IMG/VR virus record: IMGVR_UViG_3300037445_000034
Coordinates: 1-43,793 of that record
Length of the DNA stretch: 43,793 nucleotides
Source of the DNA: a virus
Taxonomy: Duplodnaviria; Caudoviricetes
Reading direction: 5' to 3' (one strand)
The translations under genes and the position numbers were made by a program. Each line of letters starts with the position of its first letter. Position 1 is the stretch's first letter. Positions 1 to 7,865 of the stretch are shown here, in pieces. A model generated the notes under the pieces. The model saw nothing but the letters and a program-made list of their open reading frames with translations, did no database searches and was not told the DNA's origin.

Positions 1-2
1 AG

Positions 3-227
3 ACGCGCACGCACGGCTGTCACTGGCCGGGCTGCGAGCGCCAGTGTCCGCCCGCGATGTGGGGCTGCAAGGAGCACTGGTTCAAGCTGCCGAAGTACCT
101 GCGCGACAAGATCTGGCGCGAGTACCGAGCTGGGCAAGAGAAGACGCTGACGCCGAGCCGCGCGTATCTCGACGTCGCGCACGAAGTCGAAGCGTGGATC
201 ATCGAACACGAGGGTCGCCGTGGTTGA
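3..227 (+). CDS. 5'-truncated small Cys/His phage protein
   Basis: Frame 3 is open from the window edge: HGCHWPGCERQCPPAMWGCKEHWFKLPKYLRDKIW...; TGA at 225-227 overlaps the next start. Not in the ORF track because no start is in the window. Confidence 0.7.
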   Translation, partial: TRTHGCHWPGCERQCPPAMWGCKEHWFKLPKYLRDKIWREYRAGQEKTLTPSRAYLDVAHEVEAWIIEHEGRRG

Positions 228-873
228 TTCGCGAGTCGAAAGCTGGTTCGGCATCAGCGTCGCGCCGACGCCGAACATCGAAGGGCCGCGGTATCTCGAC
301 GCCGACAGCTTCACCGTGCGCAGGCGCGAGCTGTGGGCGTCGTGGGAGTCGCGCGATCGACGCGAGGGCTGGACGTCGCGCGAGCACGCGCTCTATCTGC
401 GCCATCATCTGCATCGGCAGCTCGAACTCGGCGCCGAGGCGATGCTGCGCACGGGCGAAGCTCGACCGTGGGCCACGCCCGACTGGCTCGTGCGCGAGAT
501 CGAGGAGCGTGCTCGCGAGATGCGCGAGTCAGGGCGCGCCGTCGTCTCGATGCCGATGCGCAGCGGCATGTCGGCGTACCACGCTGCTGTCGATCGATGG
601 ACGCAGACGTTCCTACCGCCGCCACTGATCGCGCTGCGAGATGAGTGCGACGACCTCGTTAGGCGCGGCGCCAAGTACGGGATCACGCCGAGCCTTGCGC
701 TCGACAAGTTCCAGTCGTTCTCTGACCTCGTGCACCGCGCCGAGCTCGAAGCGATGGCGCCGTCGCCGAACTTCAGGTGTGTGCTCGTGCCGTGGCGCCG
801 ACGTCGTAAGCGACGCCAGCTGAAACGCAGCGCGAGCTTCAAGGCGAAGAAGCGTGGTAGGAAGCGCCGATGA
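220..873 (+). CDS. hypothetical protein
   Basis: 217-aa ORF, phage-like codon usage, basic C-terminus, stop overlaps the next ATG (ATGA). Confidence 0.7.
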   Translation: MVDSRVESWFGISVAPTPNIEGPRYLDADSFTVRRRELWASWESRDRREGWTSREHALYLRHHLHRQLELGAEAMLRTGEARPWATPDWLVREIEERAREMRESGRAVVSMPMRSGMSAYHAAVDRWTQTFLPPPLIALRDECDDLVRRGAKYGITPSLALDKFQSFSDLVHRAELEAMAPSPNFRCVLVPWRRRRKRRQLKRSASFKAKKRGRKRR

Positions 874-1154
874 CTTCGCCGTACGACGAGAACTGGAACC
901 TGGACATCGCGGGCTCGCCGTGGTGGACGATCGCGAACGACCCGCTCGCCGACACGGTGACGTTCGTCTACAAGCCGCTGCCTCGCTCGATCGAGGGCGA
1001 CGCTACGCACGAGTGGCGCAACGATCTCGGGTCGTGGGTGACGTGCGGCAAGTGCGGCGTCGTTCGCCGCGCCGATCGCATGCACAGGCCCTGCACCGGG
1101 CACCCGCCCGTCATTTCGCCGCGCGCGCATCGCTGCAACGGCGGTCGCGCATGA
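870..1154 (+). CDS. hypothetical protein with CxxC motif
   Basis: ATGA coupling at both ends; CGKC...C. Confidence 0.6.
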   Translation: MTSPYDENWNLDIAGSPWWTIANDPLADTVTFVYKPLPRSIEGDATHEWRNDLGSWVTCGKCGVVRRADRMHRPCTGHPPVISPRAHRCNGGRA

Positions 1155-1288
1155 TGTTCTCGTGGGTCACCGACACCGTGAAGAGTCATCCACGCTGGCT
1201 CGCGTTCTGTCGAAGGCACGAGCACACGTGGTGGACGTGCGCCGAGGCCTACGCCCTCTGGATCGCGTACCGGGACGGTGCCGCGTGA
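1151..1288 (+). CDS. small hypothetical protein
   Basis: MMFSWVTDTVKSHPRWLAFC...; ATGA overlap upstream, GTGA overlap downstream. Confidence 0.55.
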   Translation: MMFSWVTDTVKSHPRWLAFCRRHEHTWWTCAEAYALWIAYRDGAA

Positions 1289-1824
1289 TCGTCGACGTCT
1301 CGCACCGCGTGTGGCTGACGATGGCGATGCACGCGCTGTGGCCGTCGTACGACACGCACAAGCTCGCCAGCGTCGCGGCGCTCGCGGTCGAAGTCGAGGG
1401 CGAGACAGGCATCCCTGCCGAGCTGCTCGTCGCGATCGCGCAGCACGAGAGCGACTTCGAGGCGCGCGCCGTGTCGTACGTCGCCGGCGGGACGCGACGC
1501 GACGTCGTGCTCCGTGACGATCAGGCGCCGTCGCGCGGGACCGTTTACGGGTATCTTCAGGCGATGTGCACCGACGCGACGTGCGCTCGCGAGCTCGACC
1601 GCGACGGCGCCATGCGAGCGGGCGCTGCCGAGATCGTCGAGTGGCTCGACACGTGCCACGGCGACATCGCGTGCGCGATGCGAGGTCACGCTGGCGGCAC
1701 ACGCTGTGCGCTCGACGCGCGTACGTGCAAGCGCGAGTGGCTGTCGTTCGCGAGCATCTTCATCGGGCGCGCGGCAGAGCTGTCGCGTCTCGAGGATTCG
1801 ACATCAACAGGAGAAATCAGATGA
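1285..1824 (+). CDS. lytic transglycosylase (SLT)-like protein
   Basis: GIPAELLVAIAQHESDFEARAVS matches the SLT catalytic E-S motif context; YGYLQ resembles the GLMQ motif; GTG start coupled to the upstream stop. Confidence 0.7.
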   Translation: MIVDVSHRVWLTMAMHALWPSYDTHKLASVAALAVEVEGETGIPAELLVAIAQHESDFEARAVSYVAGGTRRDVVLRDDQAPSRGTVYGYLQAMCTDATCARELDRDGAMRAGAAEIVEWLDTCHGDIACAMRGHAGGTRCALDARTCKREWLSFASIFIGRAAELSRLEDSTSTGEIR

Positions 1825-1916
1825 GGTGGTTCAACGCTCGTTTTTCTGAGGGCGAGGCGTTCGCGATCGGATGGGTCATCGCCGCCATCATCGGCGCGAT
1901 CGTGGGGTCGCAATGA
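1821..1916 (+). CDS. small membrane peptide
   Basis: AGGAG RBS, ATGA coupling; AFAIGWVIAAIIGAIVG is one hydrophobic helix. Confidence 0.55.
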   Translation: MRWFNARFSEGEAFAIGWVIAAIIGAIVGSQ

Positions 1917-2101
1917 CAGGCGGCGAGAAACGAGCGCGACGCAAGGTGATCGCCGAACGCATGGCGCGCATTCGTCGCAGCGAAGCACGCAAGCGCGCGT
2001 GGGACGCGAAGCGCATCGAACAGCATGACCCGATCGACGCCGACGAGGTCGAGCAAACGGGCACCGACGCGCTGCTCGACGGGTTGCCGGATGCGATTTG
2101 A
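1913..2101 (+). CDS. hypothetical protein
   Basis: ATGA-coupled start MTGGEKRARRK...; basic N-half, acidic C-half. Confidence 0.55.
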   Translation: MTGGEKRARRKVIAERMARIRRSEARKRAWDAKRIEQHDPIDADEVEQTGTDALLDGLPDAI

Positions 2102-2106
2102 AGTTC

Positions 2107-2215
2107 GCCGGGGTGGCGGAAGTCGGTAGACGCCCGCGGCATTCGTAACGCCGCGAGTCGCAAGCGCAGCGCGCGCACCCGCTTGCGAATCTTGGTTCAA
2201 CTCCAGGCCCTGGCA
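2107..2215 (+). tRNA. non-canonical tRNA or tRNA-like RNA, anticodon CGT (Thr), very long variable arm
   Basis: Acceptor GCCGGGG/CCCTGGC plus A73; D-arm TGGCGGAAGTCGGTAGACGC; anticodon arm CGCGGC-A-TTCGTAA-C-GCCGCG; variable stem TCGCAAGCG/CGCTTGCGA; T-arm CTTGG-TTCAACT-CCAGG; no encoded CCA. Confidence 0.75.
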
Positions 2216-2241
2216 CGCACGCAACAACAACGAAAGGGACG

Positions 2242-2580
2242 ATGCAGATGGCGATCACGGAACTTGATCTGGAAATCCGGGCGCTGCGCGCCCGCATCAA
2301 CCGCATTGCCGACGAGGTGAAGCTCGACGAGCGTCTTCGACTCGACGACGTCGCGCAGTCGTTCATCGAAGCGAGCCACGAGATCCGTGCAGGCGACTTC
2401 GTGCGCTTCAGCGATGGGCACGCCGCCCGGATCTTCAGCATCAACAGCGACGGGAAGTGGCACTACCTCGATCGCCACGGTCACTCGGTCGAACCGTTTC
2501 GCGTGCCTCCCGAGGAGGGCATCGAGCGGCTGTACACGATCTCCGAAGTCGCAGCCATCATCGCCAAGGTGTCGCTGTGA
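2242..2580 (+). CDS. hypothetical protein
   Basis: AAGGGA RBS; N-terminal coiled coil followed by a small beta-rich segment. Confidence 0.7.
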   Translation: MQMAITELDLEIRALRARINRIADEVKLDERLRLDDVAQSFIEASHEIRAGDFVRFSDGHAARIFSINSDGKWHYLDRHGHSVEPFRVPPEEGIERLYTISEVAAIIAKVSL

Positions 2581-3140
2581 ACGTCACCGACATCATCGTG
2601 TTCACGCACGTGAAGCAGGACGGCGACAGCTTCGCGCTGGTTTGCTACGCGCAGGTCGGCGGCAACATCGTCGCCGAGCACCGCTGCCCGATTCACGATG
2701 CGACTGATCTGCGTAGCGACGTCGCCGAGTTGTCGGCGCGCACGTTCGACGCTGCGATCGCGGTCGTGAACCGCGCGCCGGACATGACGATCAACGGCAT
2801 CAAGATCGTCAGCGATCCGAGCCTGAAGCCCGGCGAGCTGCTGTTCGTCAACGAGACGAAGAAGAAGCCGAAGGCCGTGCCGAGCGGCGCACCGGCTTAT
2901 GTCGACGTCAGGCGGCCCGAGCGAACGCTATCGGCCGCAGGTCGGCAGACGTACGAGAGGCTTCTTCGGCAGTACACGGGAAGCGACAGGGAGCGCGAGA
3001 TCGCATCGGCGCGCGACTCGTTGAGGTTTCTCGCCGAGCACCCGGGCGACCATACGAAGCGACGGCAAGAGCTACACGCACGCCTCGCCGAGCTGGGTGT
3101 GCCCGTCAAGCCTGGCGACGGTGGCGATTCGTCGCTGTAG
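2577..3140 (+). CDS. hypothetical protein
   Basis: GTGA-coupled start MNVTDIIVFTHV...; typical codon usage. Confidence 0.65.
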   Translation: MNVTDIIVFTHVKQDGDSFALVCYAQVGGNIVAEHRCPIHDATDLRSDVAELSARTFDAAIAVVNRAPDMTINGIKIVSDPSLKPGELLFVNETKKKPKAVPSGAPAYVDVRRPERTLSAAGRQTYERLLRQYTGSDREREIASARDSLRFLAEHPGDHTKRRQELHARLAELGVPVKPGDGGDSSL

Positions 3141-3158
3141 GCCGCCGTGGCGTCGTCG

Positions 3159-3167
3159 TGGCATACT
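3159..3167 (+). promoter_or_regulatory. candidate extended -10 promoter for the packaging genes
   Basis: TG-G-CATACT in the intergenic gap, followed by a GGAG RBS and ATG at 3193. Confidence 0.35.
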
Positions 3168-3192
3168 GCGTCTGACCCGGAGTAGAACGACA

Positions 3193-3771
3193 ATGGCCGC
3201 GAGGAAGGCACGGTCAGGTGGTGAAAACGAGCGTCGTCGCGTCGCAGCGAAGGAGATGCTCGAACGCCGTGCGCGCTGGATGGTCGCCGAGTGGCGCACG
3301 CGCCCAACCGATACGCCCACCGACATCATGCGGGACTGTCGCGAGCGCTTCGGTTGCGGCATCCTCGCCGCAAAGAAGTCGATGACGCGGTGTCTCGAAA
3401 TCCGGCGCGAGAACTTCCAGGCGCTCGACCTGTCGTTCTTCGTCGATCGGTACAACGATCTGTACGAGCGCGCGCTCTCGAAGGGCAACGAGAACGCCGC
3501 GCGTAAGATCCTCGACTCGATGGCGATCAACACGGGCATCGCGAAGCCGCGCCAGGTCGTCGCCGCCATCGCTGTCGGCCAGGTGAGCCCCGAGCAGCTC
3601 GCGCACGTCGGCGTGCTGTCGATGACGCCGGCGCAGCGAGACAACCGCTTGCGTGAGCTCGAGGAAAAGGCGCGCAGCGGCACCGCCGTCGTGCCCGAGG
3701 ACATCGCGCCGCCCGACGACGTGATCGACGTGGTGTCGAGCGCTGCAGGAGCGCCAGATGACGCCCCCTGA
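3193..3771 (+). CDS. putative terminase small subunit
   Basis: Helical protein with YERALSKGNENAARKILDSMAINTGI, like TerS oligomerisation helices; lies just upstream of the TerL block. Confidence 0.5.
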   Translation: MAARKARSGGENERRRVAAKEMLERRARWMVAEWRTRPTDTPTDIMRDCRERFGCGILAAKKSMTRCLEIRRENFQALDLSFFVDRYNDLYERALSKGNENAARKILDSMAINTGIAKPRQVVAAIAVGQVSPEQLAHVGVLSMTPAQRDNRLRELEEKARSGTAVVPEDIAPPDDVIDVVSSAAGAPDDAP

Positions 3772-3997
3772 CATCGTGGTGCACACGGTGAGCGTCGACG
3801 ATACGGGGATGATCTTCACCGTCGCGGCGTCGCACAGCTCGCAGAGCGTGATCGGTCGCTTCCGCATCTTCGGGCCGGCGCCGAGCATCGACGACAGCCA
3901 CGATCAGCTGCGCTTCCAAGCCTTCTGTGCGGGCGTCATGCGCATGTTCGACGAGTCGGCGTGTCCGCTCGGGCCACGCACGGAGCGGCTGCGATGA
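3758..3997 (+). CDS. hypothetical protein
   Basis: 79-aa ORF overlapping both neighbours by a few bases. Confidence 0.55.
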   Translation: MTPPDIVVHTVSVDDTGMIFTVAASHSSQSVIGRFRIFGPAPSIDDSHDQLRFQAFCAGVMRMFDESACPLGPRTERLR

Positions 3998-4350
3998 CCG
4001 AAGAGATTCGTCGGTGCCCCGAGTACCGTTGCTTGCTGCGCGAGGGCCACGTCGGCGACCACCAGACGAGCTTCGTGCACGGGCGTGACTCGGAGATCGC
4101 CTGTCGCGGCAAGCGGCGATACGGCACCGAGGCGCAGGCGCAGACGGTCGCGGCGCGATGCTACGAAGCCCGTCAGCACTGGCTGCGCGTGTACTACTGC
4201 GCCGACTGCGGCGGCTACCACCTCACGCATCGAGACGCGAAGCCGAAGCCGGGGTGGCGCGAGCCCGCGCCCTCGAAGCGCGAGACGTCCGAGCGTCGAC
4301 GTCGCGAGCAGCGCGACCGCCGTCGCAAGAACAGGTACGACGACGAATGA
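3994..4350 (+). CDS. small Zn-finger phage protein
   Basis: C-x2-KRRY...LRVYYCADCGGYHLT motif; ATGA coupling. Confidence 0.7.
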   Translation: MTEEIRRCPEYRCLLREGHVGDHQTSFVHGRDSEIACRGKRRYGTEAQAQTVAARCYEARQHWLRVYYCADCGGYHLTHRDAKPKPGWREPAPSKRETSERRRREQRDRRRKNRYDDE

Positions 4351-4871
4351 ACCCGAAGGAAGACGAAGCCCGCAACGAGTGGGGCGTGCTGATCCGTGAC
4401 ACGTACTGCACGCCGCTGTGGTTCGCCGAGCTGATGCCCGAGGTCGATCTCGACCCGGCGACGAACCCGCGCAGCCACATCCGTTCGCGCGCGCAGTACA
4501 TGGTCGAGCGGCGACAGAACGGCTTGAAGCTGCCGTGGCGCGGCATGCTCTGGCTGAACCCGCCGTACAGCAACCCCGACCCGTGGGCGCTGAAGCTGTA
4601 CGACGAGTCCAACGCCGGGCGCGTCACCGACGCCGGCATCCTCGTGAACGTCGACAGCTCGACGCTCTGGTGGCGCGCGTTCACGCACGTGTGCCGCAAC
4701 ATGCTGATGCTGACGAGGCGGGTCGCGTTCGACGCGCCTCCGGGTGTCGACCTGTCTGGCTCGCACGTCGCGCAGCGCCCGCAAGCGCTGCTCGCGACCG
4801 ACGGCTTCCGCGCGAAGTGCGAGCCCGAGCTCGACGCGCACGGCGTGTGGTGGTCGCGTGCGGCGGCCTGA
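4347..4871 (+). CDS. phage N6-adenine DNA methyltransferase (Dam-like)
   Basis: DTYCTP...DLDPAT...NGLKLPW...WLNPPYS, the motif order of short phage Dam-type MTases. Confidence 0.85.
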   Translation: MNPKEDEARNEWGVLIRDTYCTPLWFAELMPEVDLDPATNPRSHIRSRAQYMVERRQNGLKLPWRGMLWLNPPYSNPDPWALKLYDESNAGRVTDAGILVNVDSSTLWWRAFTHVCRNMLMLTRRVAFDAPPGVDLSGSHVAQRPQALLATDGFRAKCEPELDAHGVWWSRAAA

Positions 4872-6408
4872 ACGCGCCGACGCGAGCACGTTCAACGTCG
4901 ACGCGCTGACCGAGAACGAGCGCGCCGAGCTGGCGATCTTGCGTGCGCACAAGTACGGGTACGAGCGGTTCGAGGACTTCATCAAGCGCGTGGCGCCGCG
5001 CTACTGGCCGATCCCGCCGCACCTTCGCCCGCTCGTCGACTTGATCGAGCGCTCGCGGCACGAGCAAGTGCGCTCGCTCGTCTCGATGCCGCCACGTCAC
5101 GGAAAGACGGTCACGTTCATGCTCGGGCTCGCGTGGCGATGCTTGCTCGACCCGGCGTGCCAGAACTTCTACACGAGCTTCAGCGGCGACCTGTCGAGCT
5201 ACGTCGGGCGCACCGTGCGAAACCTCGTCGTCGACAGGCTCGGCATCCCGCTCGACAAGTCGAGCAAGAGCGTCGAGGAGTGGAACACCGTCTTTGGCGG
5301 CGGGCTGAAGTCGACGTCGCTCGGCGGCTCGATCATGGGTCGCGGCGCGAACGGAGGTCTCGTCGTCGTCGACGACATCTTGAAAGGCTGGATGATCGCG
5401 CAGTCGGAGCACGAGCGCGACCGAGCGTTCAATTACATCGCCGTCGACGTGATGTCGCGTCTCGAAGGCGGCGGGTCGATGATCATCTGCGGCACGCGCT
5501 GGCACGAAGACGACCCGATCGGCCGCATCATCGGCGGCGAGCTCGCCGAAGAGAACTTCGGCGTCATCAACCTGCCCGCGGTCGGCGACGAGTACGGCAA
5601 CGCCGTCGACGAGCGCGACTACCCCGAGCTGGCGCGACCGCTGTGGACGTCGATCGACAGCCGCTTCCCGAACAACGCGCAAGCGGCGATGGACTGGTAC
5701 CGGCGCATTCGCGGTCGCGGCGAGCTGTACTGGTGGGCGCTGTATCAGGGCGTGCCGCGCGCCGAGTCGCTGAAGATGTTCCTCGAACCGGGCGTGTTCC
5801 GCATGCCGCTCGTGTGGCAGGGCAAGCGCGGCTGTCTCGTGCTCGATCCCGCGGCGTCGCAGAAGACGACCGCCGACTACAGCGCGCTCGGCGCGTTCGC
5901 GATGGACGGCTTCGGCGACGAGTCGACGATGTTCGTCAACGAGGTGCTGAAGACGCACATAACGCAGCCGCAGATGGCTCGCGAGGCGCTGTCGTGGCAG
6001 CGACGGTACAAGCTGTATCTAGCCGTCGAGGCGGTCGCCGGCTTCGCGGGCATCCCGCAGATGCTTCGCGAGGCAGCGCCCGGCATTCGCTTGATCGAGC
6101 TGAAGCCCGGCGAGCCTGGCTGGGTGAGCGGCGATAAGAAGATGCGCGCGGTGCCGGTGTCGGGCGCGTGGAACCGCGGTCGCGTGCTCGTGCCCGTCGG
6201 CGTCGGCGACGACAACGCCGTGGTGCTCGATGCGAACGGCAAGCCGTACGACCTCGATTGGGTCAACCCCTACGTGAAGGTCGTGCGCGCGTTCACGGGC
6301 GCGAAGGGCGAGGAAGACGACGTGGTCGACATCACCGCGCACGCGTGGAACTTGCTCTACCGCGAGCTGAAGACGACGCCGCGCGGCAACTACGGCGCGG
6401 CGTTCTGA
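4858..6408 (+). CDS. terL: terminase large subunit
   Basis: Walker A MPPRHGKT, Walker B LVVVDD, GTRWHEDD, nuclease LVLDPA...DYSA...DDVVD; start uncertain (GTG 4858 chosen). Confidence 0.95.
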   Translation: MRRPERADASTFNVDALTENERAELAILRAHKYGYERFEDFIKRVAPRYWPIPPHLRPLVDLIERSRHEQVRSLVSMPPRHGKTVTFMLGLAWRCLLDPACQNFYTSFSGDLSSYVGRTVRNLVVDRLGIPLDKSSKSVEEWNTVFGGGLKSTSLGGSIMGRGANGGLVVVDDILKGWMIAQSEHERDRAFNYIAVDVMSRLEGGGSMIICGTRWHEDDPIGRIIGGELAEENFGVINLPAVGDEYGNAVDERDYPELARPLWTSIDSRFPNNAQAAMDWYRRIRGRGELYWWALYQGVPRAESLKMFLEPGVFRMPLVWQGKRGCLVLDPAASQKTTADYSALGAFAMDGFGDESTMFVNEVLKTHITQPQMAREALSWQRRYKLYLAVEAVAGFAGIPQMLREAAPGIRLIELKPGEPGWVSGDKKMRAVPVSGAWNRGRVLVPVGVGDDNAVVLDANGKPYDLDWVNPYVKVVRAFTGAKGEEDDVVDITAHAWNLLYRELKTTPRGNYGAAF

Positions 6409-6464
6409 TGTCCCCGTGGTGTCCCTCGAGCTCGGCGCGACGCGGGACAACGCGGGGACACTTT
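6409..6464 (+). terminator. long hairpin after terL (possible terminator or processing site)
   Basis: TGTCCCCGTG/CGCGGGGACA plus inner TGTCCC/GGGACA, followed only by CTTT. Confidence 0.4.
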
Positions 6465-6467
6465 CGC

Positions 6468-6488
6468 GTCGCGGCGGACCTACGCGAC
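6468..6488. repeat. GTCGC-N11-GCGAC dyad copy
   Basis: GTCGC ggcggacctac GCGAC, intergenic, about 22 nt upstream of a -10 box. Confidence 0.65.
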
Positions 6489-6523
6489 GCCGCGGCCGCG
6501 GGCGACGTGGTACGTTCGACGGC

Positions 6524-6754
6524 ATGCACTACCGCATCGAGCTGCAGGGAGAGAAGAAGGATGTCGCCGCGAAGCTGCTCGCGGACAACGGACCGAGCGA
6601 CGCGGTCGCGCCGCTCTTCAAGGCGGCGAAGCAGATCGCCCTCGCCGTGCTGTCGCCGCTGAAAGACGACCGGAAGTGCGAGGTGATCGGCTACTTCGCG
6701 ACCGGCGAGCCCGAGGGCTCGGTGTCGTTCTCGCTGAAGGTCGAGGGCCAGTAG
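6524..6754 (+). CDS. hypothetical protein, probably leaderless
   Basis: MHYRIELQGEKKDV...; TG-G-TACGTT ends 7 nt before the ATG; no SD. Confidence 0.6.
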   Translation: MHYRIELQGEKKDVAAKLLADNGPSDAVAPLFKAAKQIALAVLSPLKDDRKCEVIGYFATGEPEGSVSFSLKVEGQ

Positions 6755-6757
6755 CGC

Positions 6758-7045
6758 GTGGACGCGTTCACGCTGCATTCCACATCGGGCGGGAACGGCG
6801 GGAAGGCGACCGCGGTTCGCTGGTCGAGCATCTTCATCGAAGGCGAGCGCACGACGTTCGTCACGCTGTCGAGCGTCTCGAACATCATGCAACAGCTGAT
6901 GGACGCGATGACGGCGGTCGTCGACGCCGAGGCGCCCGGGTGGCGCGAGCTGAAGCCGTGCTGCCACCTGTGGCGGTGCGGCAAGTGCCCGCTACAGCGA
7001 GGGCACGAGATGCTCGCCGCTGCCGATGTCACGACGCCGTGCTAG
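6758..7045 (+). CDS. hypothetical protein with C-terminal Cys cluster
   Basis: 95-aa ORF filling the gap; CCHLWRCGKC; start uncertain. Confidence 0.45.
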   Translation: MDAFTLHSTSGGNGGKATAVRWSSIFIEGERTTFVTLSSVSNIMQQLMDAMTAVVDAEAPGWRELKPCCHLWRCGKCPLQRGHEMLAAADVTTPC

Positions 7046-7054
7046 CATCTTCGC

Positions 7055-7294
7055 ATGCACTATCGAAACGGACGCGAAGCGAAGAACGGCGACAAGGTCG
7101 TGCAGCTCGGGTACGACGGCAGCATCCAGGGCGTCGGCATCCTGCACAGTGCGGTCGCCGGTAACGACTACTGCAACGGCGCGGTTGCCCCGATCATCAA
7201 CACGAGCGCGTGCCTCGTCGACTGCCTGCACGCCGACGACGTCGCCGCGTTCGTCGCCGAGAAGGGTCTCGCGAAGCGCCCCGAAGGCAAGTAG
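7055..7294 (+). CDS. small phage protein, probably leaderless
   Basis: MHYRNGREAKNGDKVV...NDYCNG; TG-C-TAGCAT ends 6 nt before the ATG. Confidence 0.75.
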   Translation: MHYRNGREAKNGDKVVQLGYDGSIQGVGILHSAVAGNDYCNGAVAPIINTSACLVDCLHADDVAAFVAEKGLAKRPEGK

Positions 7295-7299
7295 CTTCC

Positions 7300-7404
7300 G
7301 CGCACGCCGCCCAATCGTCGCGTGCCCACACGCAAGATGCTCGCAAGAGCGTCAGCCTAGGGCGCTGAACCACATCGAGCACGCGACACTCGGGCGGCGT
7401 TCGC
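7300..7404 (+). ncRNA. candidate structured intergenic RNA
   Basis: Nested stems 7300-7312/7392-7404 and 7317-7325/7379-7387, plus a GCAA-capped hairpin 7336-7353; strand inferred from the GNRA loop. Confidence 0.45.
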
Positions 7405-7452
7405 ATTTTCGGCGCGCTGGCGTGCGCGCTCGCGCTCGTGTAGCTTCGACGA

Positions 7453-7863
7453 ATGAGCTGCGAGCTGCCGAAGGAACGCCTCGACGACATCGACCGCCGC
7501 GAACAGCCCGCGGGCCCGAAGCTCGCGCAGCTCTGCGACATGGTGAAGGCGGAGACCGGCCAGGACCCGCGGGGCGGCGGCTGGACGTTCGTCGCGAAGC
7601 CGCACATCGTGCAGGCGTGTCTCGACGAGCTGCCGCCGATCGCCCGCACGCTCGCGCGGAAGTTCTACGTGACGAGCGACACCGGCAAGGGCGACGCCGA
7701 TGTCGTCTTCGTGTGGAGCGGCATCCCGGTGCGCGTGCGCCACAACGCGAAGGGCGATGTGATGCACGCGATTCGACTCGCGCAGCTGCCGCCGTCGCGC
7801 AACGGCGATCGCCGCATTGCCGGCGAGCTGCGTCTCGCCGCGTGGGCGAAGGCGGGCAACTAG
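7453..7863 (+). CDS. hypothetical protein, possibly leaderless
   Basis: 136-aa ORF; TAGCTT ends 6 nt before the ATG. Confidence 0.7.
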   Translation: MSCELPKERLDDIDRREQPAGPKLAQLCDMVKAETGQDPRGGGWTFVAKPHIVQACLDELPPIARTLARKFYVTSDTGKGDADVVFVWSGIPVRVRHNAKGDVMHAIRLAQLPPSRNGDRRIAGELRLAAWAKAGN

Positions 7864-7865
7864 CC

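Noticed and set aside
2107-2215. tRNA-Sec interpretation
   Set aside because: The extended anticodon stem and long variable arm are suggestive, but the acceptor/T stems are 7/5, there is no UCA anticodon and the discriminator is A.
7026-7865. 864-aa portal ORF with a long N-terminal extension
   Set aside because: The extension is Arg/Ser-rich off-frame translation overlapping two better ORFs; portal-like sequence begins about 7866.
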